Under the pieces are notes generated by a model. The model was not told where the DNA came from and made no database searches. It worked only from the letters and a program-made list of their open reading frames with translations. Below are positions 1-12,319 of a stretch of 64,000 nucleotides of DNA, piece after piece. This DNA comes from Lama glama (taxonomy: Eukaryota). Location: contig CM052829.1 in NCBI GenBank assembly GCA_028534125.1, forward strand, positions 55,118,001-55,182,000. The letters are read 5' to 3'. The position numbers were made by a program, and so were the translations under genes. Within the stretch, counting starts at the first letter, position 1. The number at the start of each line of letters is the position of its first letter.

Positions 1-1547
1 TAAATCCCACACCTTTTATTGTAACAGCCTTCGGTTACTGAATCATTCAACACAGAACTCTAATAAACTAGTGCACCCAGAGGTCCAAATAGAGGTGATT
101 TAAACATTTTATTTAATTCATAAAACATTGAATTGTAAAATATTTACATATTTTATAAATATGTTTAAAGTGTGTCAAGATTTAAGTGAACACTCAAACA
201 TCTCCATCAGCAAATAAATAAAAGCAGTTTATTTTGGGTGGGGAGGGGAGGCATGAAGGAAAGAGTAATAAAGATTACCCGAATGTTCTACTCAAAGCCT
301 GTTAATCTGCTTGAGAAATATAATTTCATCCTAAAAAATTGCAGAGGTTACTACCAAGTTTTGCTGCTCATCCTTGCTGTACTATTGGAATCAGATGACA
401 GATTGCTGGGCAAAATCTGTTAGGCAAAAAAAGCCATGATGAAAAGTTGCCAGGGACTTGACTTGCCAATGTCTTGCAAGAGGTGTGGAATGAAAGAGTA
501 TTTATTTGTCTGGGATGGGATATGTGTGCCTTGGCCTTTTCATAGAGTCATTTCTCTTCCTTCCAACCAAAATGGAAGCCGGAGTTCCAGTGTGCATCAA
601 ACATACTGGATTCGGAGACAATTGACTGGAACCTGACTGCTGAGGATGTGGCTCGTGTAGCTCGAATTTATGACGGTGCATCTGCTGTGAGTGGTGTCTT
701 GAATAGAGGCCAGGAACTCTTCCGTCAGCCGCATCCATATGCTATGCATGTGTTCAGTGCTACGCACATTTTTTAAATTTAGCTCTTGTGGGTACATGTT
801 CTACACTTTCCCCCTGTACGTGATTTTCTAAAATATGCTTTAGAAAATATACACAATCTTTTCAAAGTCTTTGCTGACTCACTGGGGGTTCTTTTGAATG
901 TTTTCCTTTTGAAAGCCTTAAGTTAAGTAGTCAAAAGTGTACAACTCAAGCTACTCTTCATCTGCTAAGATTAAAACTTACTGCTTGGTCTAACACAGCT
1001 GTTAGGTGATGACCAGTTAGAAAACTTCTCTTTTTCCATCTAGATGCCAACTCTAGCTCTTTTTGGTGGGCTGAAAATTGGTGAGGAAAAACTGGGGAGA
1101 TGATCATCCTGGCCAGTTTGGGGCCAGCTTATTTGTGAATCTTCCACACGTGTTTCGTCTTTAAGTTTAGACAGAGGACAACCTAAGTGTCAATACTGCA
1201 TTTGTTGGTACTGCCTAGAAGGTATCTCCTTGAAGTCCGTGATTGAGGAGATGGGGACTCAGACATTGATGGCTAAAAATTCAAGCAGCTATGTTATCCA
1301 GCAGATTAACTTCCACTGCTCTTTTTTCAAATGACAGAGAAGTGAATCAAAGTCATCACCTAAGTCAGGCATTCCTGTTACAAGACTGAGAAATCCAAAC
1401 TCTGTTGGTTGGCTACAGCATTCCTGGAGGCCTGGGCGTTCATCCAGCTAACATGTAGTGGTTACATTTTATCGTCTTTTTGTTCCTTGGAAAACAATAC
1501 ATCGCCATTATCTGGATGTTTATAAAAATGTTCTTATTTGGCATTTA

Positions 1548-1672
1548 TTTTTTTAACTCATTTTTAAAATTTTTTAAAAATCTTTTTAAAGGAGGTACTG
1601 GGGATTGAACCCAATGCCTCTTTCACGCTAAGTATGTGCTGTACCACTGAGCTGTATCCACCCCCCACCCCC
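1548..1672 (-). mobile_element. Camelid tRNA-Ala-derived SINE (Vic-1 type), short form
   Basis: Reverse complement reads GGGTGGATACAGCTCAGTGG...GGGTTCAATCCCCAGTACCTCC plus A-rich tail. 18-bp TSD gttcttattt(g/a)gcattta at 1530-1547 and 1673-1690. Confidence 0.9.
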
Positions 1673-2989
1673 GTTCTTATTTAGCATTTAAATGAACACT
1701 TTCAAAACATTCCATTTGTGTTTCACTTGACCCTGAAATCCAAGTTCTATTTTTCTTCTCCTTTATAGGCAGGTAAGATACCTATGCTTACATCTTACTG
1801 TTATAAATTCTTGAGGGCCAAGACTACGCATTCTTTCATTTTGAATTTTCTTTCTTTCTTCTCCTTATTTTACTTTCTCCATGGCATCTATACTCCTGTG
1901 CATACAGAAAGCAGAAAGCATTCTTAATTAGTTGTGTTTCCCTCTTCTCTCAGTACCAAACTACACTGATAGCTTCCAAATTCGTTTTCCTCTAATGTTT
2001 TAAATCATTTGAAAAATACATCTAATAATGTAATGTGAAATACAGGGTTTACATCTTTAGCATGTTTTTGCATTCTTAACTGCTCTGAGGCACCCCTTAA
2101 AAGACAGACTTCATCAAACTTTTCAAAGAAATTAGAAGTGTTATTTGAAAAGGTAATCATTTTACAGTGAGTGACAGCAAAATAATTGGATGACAGCCAC
2201 ATAATTGATTAATTCAATGTATTCAGCCTATAAAATGAGCCAGTTGGAATATTATATGGAACAAACATCTAAATATTTCATATTCATCATCTTACCATCA
2301 TATGGCCGTCATGAATTAAAGGAGAAGAAAAGTAACCCTCAAGAAATAGCTTTGTAAAGTGTATTTCTAGATATTTTTCTTCCCTGAGGAAGAATAACCT
2401 TCTACTCAATCTAGCTGATATTTTTATAGTCACTGCATTTGATGAAATGATAAAGGGAAAAACCACTAAGGGATTTTACCCAAGGCTGGGAACCACTGAG
2501 AACTATGCTCTGAGACTGGAGGAGATGACACTTTTCATGAATCTTTCTTAAGGCTGCTCTATGAACTCAACCATTTTCAAAGAAGCATTCAGAATAGTCT
2601 GAAACATCACATGCCTGACTTCCTGTAGGTCTTGTGACTCCCCCCAGACTCTTCCTAAGTCAGGCATAAATCCACAGTGTACATATTAACAGCCCTGGCC
2701 ATCTCTCTTGCCCTTAAAAGTGGTAGCAATGCTGTATGTTTCCTCATGATAAAAGATGACAGACCAAGTTATAATTCACTTAAAAATCTTACTCCGCTAG
2801 GAGGAAGTCATTCAGCTCCTCTAAACATCTGCAAACATTTGATCTTATTCCAATCCACCTAAAAATTAGCCTTTTTTCTCCTACCAGGGAAGGAGCATTA
2901 TCACTTAGTGCCAGCCTTTTCCTTGTGACAGCTCTATGTCCAGCCCATCCAGTCCGTCACTGAACCCTGCCTCTGCTTGCTCCTAATCT

Positions 2990-4160
2990 CTCTCACCCAC
3001 CCTCTTGTCTCTCTGCCCACTGCCACTGGCATATTTCAGACCCTGCTCGTCCTGGATTACTGTCATACCCCCTCCAGCCTACTTCATTACTTAATCCTCC
3101 ACACTGATGTCAGAAGGATATCTTTGCTCTTCAATTTTGAAATAATTTTAGACTTACACAGAGAAGTTGCAAAGTCAGTGCAGAATTTCCATAGACCAGC
3201 CAGCCAGCCTTCCCTAATACTAGCCTCCTACATGATCATAGTACAGTTACCGAAGAATTATTTTTAACCAGAATCTGATCACATTATTTCTTAGCTTAGA
3301 ATGGGTCCTCAGCACCTTCAAGATAATGCATATCCCTTGGCGTGATGACAGTGCCCTCCATGGTCCAATCCTCTCGGCTTCACTGCTTTTCTACCTGTGA
3401 TGGTTAATTTTATGATGACTTGACTGGGTCATGGGGTGCCCAGATATTTGGTTAAACATTATCTCTGGGTATGTCTGTGAGGGTGTGTCCAGATGACAGT
3501 CACATTTGCATCTGCAGACTGAGCAAAGCAGATTGCCCTTCCCACTCTGGGCGTGCATCATCCAATCTGTTGGAGGCCTGCTTCGAACAAAAAAGCAAAA
3601 GAAGGGAGAATTCACTGTCTCTGCCTGTCTGACTGTTGAGTTCTGACATTGGTCTTCTCCTGCCCTCAGACTAGGATCCATACCATTGGCTTCCTGGGGC
3701 TTGCCGGTGGCAGAGTGTCGGACCTTTCAGCCTCCATAATCAGTGAGCCAGTTCCTTATAAGAAACCTCTCTCTCTCTTTCGCATGTGCACACACACACC
3801 CATGGTTCTGTTTTTCTGCAGAACCCTGACTAACATGCTACCTGAGCTCCACACACCTGTAGGAAACTACACATGGTTTCTCGAATTGTTCTGATTCTTC
3901 TGGGCCTTTGCACATACAGTTTTCTCTCCCTTGGATGCCATTCATTCCACTCTCCACCTCCATATTCCAAATCTTCCTGTTTTCATCTGGCTAACACTGA
4001 CCTGGCCCTCAAGACTCAGCTCTGTCCTGTTCTCTGACTCAGCACCGAGGCCTCTGCTGGTCGTAGTATTGCCCTACACTGTTATCCTGTCTGCTCACCA
4101 GATCCTCTCCTACAGCTTCTGGGACAGTAGCTGCTAACACATAATAAATTTTCATTGTGT
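2990..4160 (+). mobile_element. L2 LINE 3' fragment, interrupted by an old L1 piece (~3125-3265, -) and an MLT2 LTR
   Basis: L2 3' motifs 'cctggattactg', 'aatctgatcac', 'gggcctttgcacat' on both sides of the inserts. Confidence 0.6.
3396..3837 (+). mobile_element. MLT2-family (ERVL) solo LTR
   Basis: Starts tgtgatggttaattttatg, contains gggtgcccagatatttggttaaacatt, ends gaaccctgactaa. 5-bp TSD ctacc at 3391-3395 and 3838-3842. Confidence 0.9.
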
Positions 4161-4166
4161 CTAGAG

Positions 4167-4381
4167 CAGGGGCCAGCAAACTCTAGCCTCTATGCCAAAT
4201 CCCACCCTCCTCCTGTTTGGTAAATACGGTTTTGTTGGAACACGGCCATGCTCATTGACTTCTGTATTATCTGTGGCTGCTTTGGCACAGTGGCAGAGTT
4301 GTGTGGCTGTGACAGAGATCATATGGCCCACAAGTATAAGATATTTCCTATCTGGTCAAAGAAAAGGTTTGTCAACCATTA
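4167..4381 (+). mobile_element. MER58A-like hAT-Charlie MITE
   Basis: cagggg-cagcaaact start, 'ttggaacacggccatgctcatt', 'gacagagatcatatggcccaca'. 8-bp TSD gtctag(a/t)g at 4159-4166 and 4382-4389. Confidence 0.85.
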
Positions 4382-4529
4382 GTCTAGTGGACAAACCAAG
4401 AATCAACTCCATTTTATATTTGATCATCAAGTGCAATGTGTGCTAAAAGTCAATGAATTTGTTTAAAAGAAACCCTTTTCAGTGCATTAATCATCATCAT
4501 TATGTATGAAGTGGGAATCAGCAAAGATG

Positions 4530-5135
4530 TTTTAAAATAACAATTTCCAGTGGTGGCGAGGGTGCAGGAAACAGTCACCCTCACACACTGCTGCTGTGAG
4601 TGTAAATTAGTACCTTATTTCTGGAGGGCAATTTGACAATATGTTTCAAAAGCATTAAAATACTGCATAACCTTTGTTCCAGAAATTTCACTTCTAAGAA
4701 TTTACCCTAAGGAGTAATCAGAGATACGCACAAAGATTTATGTACTATCTCACTCACTGGAGCGTTATTTACAATATGGAGACATTATACCAACTAAATA
4801 CCACCTGAATAGCTAGCAGAAGGAAAAAATGGTTAAATAAATTACATCCACAGCCTGGGAAATTAATGTAGCCATTTTAAATCATAGGGAACACATATTA
4901 ATACAGGGAAGTGCTCATTATATATTGTTAATGGGAAAAGAAAGTTCTAAAACTGTAAGTAAGGTATGATGCCATTTTTAAAATAGTACACATACTACAT
5001 GCACAGAAACAGAAAAAACCTTAAAGGAAATGTCCATAAAGGTTAACAGGAACTATCTCTATTATGTCTGATATTTCTTTTCTTTGTTGTTCATCTGTGA
5101 ATTCTGTGCAAGAAACCTATATTACTTAGGCAATT
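4530..5135 (+). mobile_element. Old L1 (L1ME-like) ORF2 end and 3' UTR fragment
   Basis: 'gagtgtaaattagtac...tctggagggcaatttgacaata', 'tttcacttctaagaatttaccctaagg'. Confidence 0.75.
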
Positions 5136-6003
5136 ATAGTTTTTTTTTTTAAAGAAAGAAAATGTGCTGTTCTCCCATTCCCTAAAATTTGGAAGAAAAT
5201 TTACTTTTTTTAATTACATAATTTCAAATTCAGAGGGTGAAATTAAAAATGCTCTGGCTGAACAGAGGTCAGAAGCTAAGAAAAGCCTCCTCCCCCACCC
5301 ACCCATTTCCACATCAAGAGAATCAATATAACAGCTGAACACTGGCCAGGAGAAGGAAAAATGCTCCCTTCGGCATTTTATCAATATTGAGGTAATTTGT
5401 TGCCTAAGGTCGACTACCATGAAGTTTAAGCAAAGATCGGTGGCAAAAAAGGTTGAAGTCTGTAAAGTTTGGAGGGTACGGGGAATAGGATGAACTGTCC
5501 ACCTAACTTCAAGTAACTAGTTGTATTGGTTTTTTTCCCTCACTTTCAGCTGGATATTAAGTATTATGTGGACACAATATTTGGGAACAGTCTCACACAT
5601 AGTTGACCCTCCAAGGGACAAGGAAAATTAGAATCTAATGGGCCAAACAACTTCAGTGAATGACGTATGTGTGTGTAGGGGGGGGTGATGGTGGTGGTGG
5701 TGGTAGGTGGAGGTGGGAAGTACCATGAGTACAGATGGAATCTTCTGGTTAATAAGTCCATGGACTCACGTATTTTGTCTGTGGGTGATTTGTATAGCCT
5801 TTACTTAAAAACCTGGTTGAATAATTGGTCACCACTGTCTAAACTTTTAAGTGTTTTCTCACTTGCCCCAAACTGACTCCCACCGCTCCAGCTAGGCCTG
5901 CGATGTTTCCTCCTATGCCCTGTTCCTTGCCACACACCCCGACTTCTCCACTTCTCTACTTTTTCTAAAATATGCTTATGACTGTAGCCTGCTAAGTGCA
6001 GGA

Positions 6004-6195
6004 CAGGGTTTCTCGAAATGTGGTCCAAGTATTAGATTCACCTGAAGCGTGTGTTTAGAAAGCAAATCCCGGGGCTCCACCGCAGACACACCGACTCAGT
6101 CTCTGAGGCTGGGTCCGAGGATCTGTACTGTCATCGGCCTGCTGACCACCGATCACCAGGGGATCTTCCTGCATATTAAAATTTGAGAACTCCTG
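6004..6195. mobile_element. MER5-like hAT-Charlie MITE
   Basis: Termini cagggtttctc...tttgagaactcctg, about 190 bp. Confidence 0.7.
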
Positions 6196-7603
6196 GGTCA
6201 ATGAGTGCCAGCATTTCCAGGTGGATCCATCTTTACTGAGACTTTGGTGAGATAAAATGACTCAAAACATAAAATGCAAAGGCTAACATGTCAAGGCCTG
6301 TTGAAGAATCATCTCTCAGGGAAGGGGTGGTACCTTTTGGCTTCTTCTCTTCCCTGCCTCCAAAAGCCACATCTATCCTGCCTTCCGTTAAGAGAAGCCA
6401 TCATTCTTTTAGGGAGGAGAGCAACGGGGAATTAAATAGTAAAGCCATATTAATTGTTAGTGTCTTTAAGAATTCTGCACTCTTGGGGTGCTTGATATTT
6501 ACACTTTTCCGCTTGTTTTTAAGCCCCAAAAGTATCCATTCTAAGTCCTGGAGGGATTGTTTTTTCCTTTACTATCCTACTTCTTTATTTGTATTTACAA
6601 ACTTATTCTTGAATCAATCCACCCTTCAAAAAGGTCTTTTGATAGAAATAATACCTTGACTGGAATTGCTGATTGGAGTTTTGTCTCTAAAGCTGAATTT
6701 GAATGGATGTGTTACCTAGCTGGATAAGGTATGACATTAAGTTTGCGAAGCGGCATCCTTATTTTCAGTCTTACATGTAGTGATGGGCAAAAAGGGATCT
6801 CTCCTGAGGGGGAAACCTTTCATTTGCATTCATATCCACGTCAGTTTCAAGGGCAGTAATTTCAAGTCTGCAACTATATTCTCAACCTCAGTCCACATTT
6901 CTGGGGGAAAAATTGTGGATAATATAAGGCCACATTATTTTAAATTGCCAGTAGATTCCATTACATATTCAACTCCTGCACAATATCCTTTATCTAGTCA
7001 CCATCTTACTTAATTTCAGTGGTTTCAAAGGTGAGCTGTTGCTCTTCATGAATATGACGGTTGACAAGGTACAGACTGCCAAGTTTGATCTTAATAGAAG
7101 TTGAGAGATATTCATCAGACTCTTGCCTCTCCAAGGCAGCAGATAACAAAATTGTGAAATGCTACGTTTGAAAGACTGCAGATTGACAAGCTCACGGCTA
7201 TTCCCAGTTTCTTCATTCAGAGGACATTTTGGTATTGCTCTGACAGAAACATCTCTGCAGATGAGGGTATCGTAAAAGCTTTGCCTAATAAACTGTAATG
7301 CTCCTAGACCCCCAGGTCAGACTGAAGCGCCACAGTTCCTGTTGCTGTGTAAATGTGACGAGCCATGATGGGAGCTTAGCTATTCATCTCTGAGTTATAA
7401 ATTCATCCTTGCTGAAGACACTGCATTAATAGGGCTCTGCTTATGCGTATGTATATGTGTATGTTCTGGCTGTGTGTATGATCTTTAAAAGGATGGTATT
7501 AAAAAGGAATGGAGGTACTCAAACACAATTTAAATCAAATCTGTAACATATAACAACTTTAAAACATGATAGACCCATGACATGTTAAGTACATGATAAA
7601 GGA

Positions 7604-7633
7604 TGTGTGTGTGCGTGTGTGTGTGTGTGTGTG
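7604..7633. repeat. (GT)n microsatellite
   Basis: Direct read. Confidence 0.95.
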
Positions 7634-8074
7634 AAATGTTTAAAAATCCAGACATCTGATACTAATAAATCCTTTGCTGGTCTCCCACTAGGAAAATGAA
7701 AGACAATTTTCTAACTGCTTTGTCCCTGAATATGTATATATACAATGGAGTTTTGGGGGGTTTGTTTTAAATTTCAAGCCCTTTATACAGAGCCATCAAA
7801 TCTTAGAAAATTCTGGTGAAGTGGGAGCAGTAAGTGCCCTCCTATGTTTATACAATCAAAAGCCAGATTAAGTTGGGAAGTTTCTATGACTTTCTAAAAT
7901 TGAGGAACGTCAGGCAGCGAGGAGAGATGAGGTGGGGGTGGTGACAGTGGCCCTTCCAGTGCTCTGGGCATTATACTGTAACGTGTGCCTCCAGCGGGAG
8001 CTGCAGGAATAGCTTAGCCAATAAGTAACTCACAGATACAGACTCAAAGTAAACTTGACCGACGAGATGCCAGC

Positions 8075-8230
8075 CCAAGACAGACAAGGCTCAATTTAAC
8101 AGGATATAAAACACTATATTTGGTTTCAAAAAATCAATTAAACAAATATGGGCTGGAAGAGACTTAACTAAATGGCAGTTCACTGGAGGTTATCTAAGGC
8201 TTACACTTGGCCACAACTTTAATGTAAAAT
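8075..8230 (+). mobile_element. CR1/L3 LINE fragment
   Basis: 'aatttaacaggata...tatatttggtttcaaaaaatcaattaaacaaata...aaatggcagttca'. Confidence 0.55.
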
Positions 8231-8497
8231 AATGGTAATGGTAAGATGGTAGCAACTTACATTTTTATAGGAGTCTTTGGTTGACTTATCTCGTTTGATG
8301 CTCCCAAAGATAAGTTGCGAGATAAGTGTTTTAATCCCTAAGTATAAAGATTCAAAAGACTAAAGTTAGGGAAGATTAAGAGCCTGTTCCTGAATAACAT
8401 ACCTAGTACCTGAGAGTTCAATAACCTAGAAGGCAGGATGGGTAACTAAAATTTATTGAGTATCTATTTTGTACTGAGTCTTTATATATATTAATGG

Positions 8498-8498
<1 letters not shown>

Positions 8499-8528
<30 letters not shown>

Positions 8529-8538
8529 CACATATATA
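8499..8538. repeat. (TA)n microsatellite within a MIR-derived region (~8245-8640)
   Basis: Direct read, with flanking MIR core 'aatttatagatgaaaaaaattgaggctca'. Confidence 0.85.
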
Positions 8539-8652
8539 TTTATTCATTTAAACCTCAATACAATACTGTAAAATGGCCAATGTTTGGTCCAATTTATAGA
8601 TGAAAAAAATTGAGGCTCAAATACTTGCCTAGAATCATACTAATAATATTGT

Positions 8653-9087
8653 TGTAATGGGCTGAATGGTGTCCATCAAAAAAATCAGGTCCTCCTCCCT
8701 GGAGCCTGGGAAAAGGGTCTTTGCAGGTGTGATTAAATTAGGAATCTTGATGAGATAAACTGAGATTATCAGGATGGATCCTAAATGCTATCACAATTGT
8801 CCACATGAGAAGCAGAGGAAGATTCGACATCACACACACACAGGGGAAAAGGTAAAATGATGAAAAAGCAGAGAGAGATGCGGCCACAAGCCAAGGAATG
8901 CCAGCAGCCGTCAGAAGCAGGAAGGGCACCAGAGGATTCTCTCCCAGAGCCTCTGGAGGTCATGCATCCCACTGGCACCTTGATTTCAGACTCTGACCTC
9001 CAGAGCTGTAAGGAAACACACTTCTGCTGTATAAAGCCCCCAGTTTGCAGTAATTTGTTACAACATCCCAGGGAACAGGATGGACAC
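8653..9087 (+). mobile_element. MLT1C/D-like (ERVL-MaLR) solo LTR
   Basis: tgtaatgggctgaat start, 'gccacaagccaaggaatgcc', 'caccttgatttcagac'. attgt repeated at 8648-8652 and 9088-9092 (probable TSD). Confidence 0.9.
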
Positions 9088-9744
9088 ATTGTGGTGGAGG
9101 CAAACTTAAAACCTGTATTTGCTGGACTCTAAATTCCATGTTGTTTGTATTGTGAGATCCTAAAGAAAGAAGATTGTGGGAGATGGGGGGAAAGGGACAA
9201 GACCAAAAACTGTCACTAAATAGGATATCCAGGGCAGAAACACAGAGAAGTAAGGATGTTTTACACCTCCTTCTAAACAAACCAACCTCCCCTACTGCAC
9301 CTTCAAGAAGAAAAACAGGAGCCTCAAGACAAAGAGCAAATCTCAAACTAAATATGGGTTCAACTAATAAATGTAATTTTTAAACAAAAGGAGAAGAGCA
9401 GATTAGCAAGAGCTAAGAGAAGAAATCCAATCACAAACAAGTGAAGAACTCACAGGCAAGGATAAACTAACATATGCATGGTTTAAAAAGAGACCTAAGG
9501 GAAACTGATCACTGTAAAAGAATATGCCAGCGTACAAAAAGGTGCCATGAGCGCTGAGACCCCAGAGAGGAATGAAGACATCACCCACAAAGAGCATTAC
9601 TGCAGCAGCAAAAAGAACTAGTTATGTATTAGAGGAACCAGCAAAGCTAGTCCTATGTAAAGGAGCAAAGTCACACACAGATGCTAACACAGGAAAAGAT
9701 GATGGACTTAAAGAATTATTAGAAAGAGGCCCAGGCGCAGACAC

Positions 9745-10015
9745 ATGACTAGACTTGCTCTGTTTATTTCTAGAGGTCTCAACCACACTAATGAGAAGGA
9801 AATAACAAGAAAGCCATTTTGGCTCAATGAAAGGAAGGAATTTTAAGCAACCAGAACTTCTCAACAGTGAAATAAGCCTCCTTGTGTGACAGTGACCTCC
9901 TCATTATAAGAAACATGAGAGTGGAGGCTGGGTGACCATCTGTCAGAGATGCTATAGATGAGATTTCAGCAGCTCTAAATTTTAATGTCTCTTCCAACTC
10001 TAGGAAACTATGATT
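9745..10015 (+). mobile_element. CR1/L3 LINE 3' end
   Basis: 'ttttggctcaatgaaaggaag', 'gaggctgggtgaccatctgtcagagatgct', 'cttccaactctaggaaactatgatt'. Confidence 0.7.
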
Positions 10016-10339
10016 TTATAAAAAAATGCATAAATTATAAAAAATAATTCATAAAGATGTTTAAAGGACAACTGATTGTGATGATGTTTAACATTTCCCT
10101 AAAGAGAATCAAGATATAATTTAAATTTAAATCTAAATGTTTAATTTACCTTAAACTACAATAGTGGCTAATCAGAGTTCTCAAATGGATATAGTTAACG
10201 TGTTTCAGTGAAATTTAACATATAAGCAGAGGTTAAATAGCTATTCCGCTACACTAATGGAGTCTACATTTGGCAGAAGCATAAGTCATAAGCCTTCATA
10301 AGCTACAAGCACCTGAGGATACGGTGAAGCACTATAAGC

Positions 10340-10550
10340 ATTTGAAGACAGAGGTCTGAATTAAAGGCCAGAGAGCCAACTTCCCAGCTCTTAACAAGAC
10401 GTTGAACCCTACAGAGCTTCAATGTCCTCCACATTAAATGGGGATAAATGATAGCGGTCCTAACTCACCAGTGGTTGTAAGAATCTAACGAGAAAAATGA
10501 GCATGAAAGTGCTTTGTAAACAGTGCTATATACACATGAATGATTCTTAT
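10340..10550 (+). mobile_element. MIR SINE
   Basis: 'aaatggggataa...gttgtaagaatctaacgag...atgaaagtgctttg'. Confidence 0.65.
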
Positions 10551-10609
10551 TCTTAGGACTTCAAAGCCTCACTGTCTTTTGAGGTACTTATAGCTCTTAA
10601 AGCGATAAG

Positions 10610-10970
10610 CCTTGGGTTGGGCTGGCCTGGAATCAGTCCCTGAGGCAAGGATTTGGGTGCATGTGGTTGGTTTGGACAGTGATCCCAGGACGCTCCAGTA
10701 GGAGAGTTGGGAAGTGAGACGGGGAAGGGAAGGAAGTCACTATGGGTGGGTGTTAAGGAACACGTTAACTGCTGCTGTGGGTAAAGGTGGTGAAGTCCTG
10801 ATGACGACCTCTGGGAGGCAGCATAGAATACACCTGAGTGGTGAGGCAGCTAATGTCTTTACTCCATTTCCCACCAATCTTTGGTTGACGTCTACTCTCA
10901 GAGCACTAGCTCTCCATGTTTCTGACCTGCTCCAGCAGAGAGCCTGCAGGCAAGGAGTCACAAGTGCTTG
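10610..10970. mobile_element. LTR16-like (ERVL) LTR fragment
   Basis: 'gaggcaaggatttgggtgca...gtgatcccagga...gggaagtgagacggggaagggaaggaag'. Confidence 0.55.
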
Positions 10971-12319
10971 CAGTAGAAGTCATTGGGTATTTTTTTTCTC
11001 TTTCTGGTTTACTTAGAATGACCATCTCTTATAAACTGACTATATTTCAATTAACTTTTTTTTTTTTAAAGGAGTCACTGGGTCTGCATGCTTCCATATG
11101 GGAAGGCCAGGGGGAAATGCACAAGGCACCACCAGCACCATCTCCAAGTTCTTATCTTCATTTGGATAAAACCAAGGCACAAAGAAGTTTTAAGACTTGG
11201 CTAAAAATACATAACTGCATATCAAAGACATATATCCCAACATAGTGAGCTACTTAGTTACAACGACTCAAATTTCGCCGTATGTGAACCAATTCATCAG
11301 AAGCTTTTAGTTTCCTTAAAGGCCATGTGCATAGGAGTCGACAGTATGACAAATATTTTAGCATTTTTTTTGACCAAAGGAGCATCAATTTAAGAAATAT
11401 GCATCTAGGAGAAGTATAAAAAGACAATTAAAATAAAAACTGAATGGTAAAGAAGAATGCGCATATTTGAAAGAAAGGTAAGGGCATCGTAGTTCAGTTT
11501 TAAGATGCTCATCAAGCAAGGCCTGCCCTTAGCCTGCCTTTCTCCACCCACACTCCACCTTCCATCTTGGTAAATTAAGGTCTTTGGAAATTCACAGAGG
11601 AGGTTTCACCCATGTCTGGTTCTGCTCTTCCTTTCCTAGTCACGCCTTACGTTATGTTGTCTTGCAGAGCATCGTTTTCTCTCTTTCCAAGGGCTCGCCC
11701 TGACCTGTGTGAGACGGCATGCTAATTCTCACTTATCTCAGCTGTAAAGTATGATCTATTACAGCACTGGCCTATCAGCCAGGCTTCTTAATGGTGTAAG
11801 GAGTGGGACTCGGTTCAGCAAACCCACTGTGAGGTGTGGGACCTGGGAGCTCCTTCGTTCTGAGCGTTTAATGTCATTGACTTCCAGTGTGGCCTTTGAG
11901 CAAGTCATTTAACCTTCTTGGCTCAGTTAACCATATGGAAAATGAACATGATAATATCTCACAAGGGCATTGTGAGATTGCTCAATGTTTACAAAGTGCT
12001 TGGGAAATGGAAGGCCCTGGATGTGCCCCACAATGTCATTAATCATGTGGCCAGTCGAATTCGGGCAGCTGGATGCTTATAGAACTCTTTACTTTCTAGA
12101 TAATTTCACTGCAATACCTCACAAAGCATGAAGCTTAAATCTATGGGAACTTGGGTGACGAATTTCACACCATAGTGGAGGACCCAGAATTTTTCAGAGA
12201 CTGTATTTCTTCCTTTCTCAAGAGCAGAATATTATTCAGGCATTGATTCTTTTCTTTTGGGAGCTATACCACTTCTCCAAGTACAATGGGCTTTTCCTTG
12301 TCTTCTTTGTTGCTTTGTT

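Noticed and set aside
1-300. AATAAA cluster as proof of a gene 3' end
   Set aside because: The hexamer occurs several times on both strands in very AT-rich sequence, so it is not diagnostic alone.
8738-9132. Overlapping ORFs here and at 3391-3894, 20159-20497, 50268-50570 and 57988-58344
   Set aside because: They lie inside LTR or L1 remnants and are chance translations.
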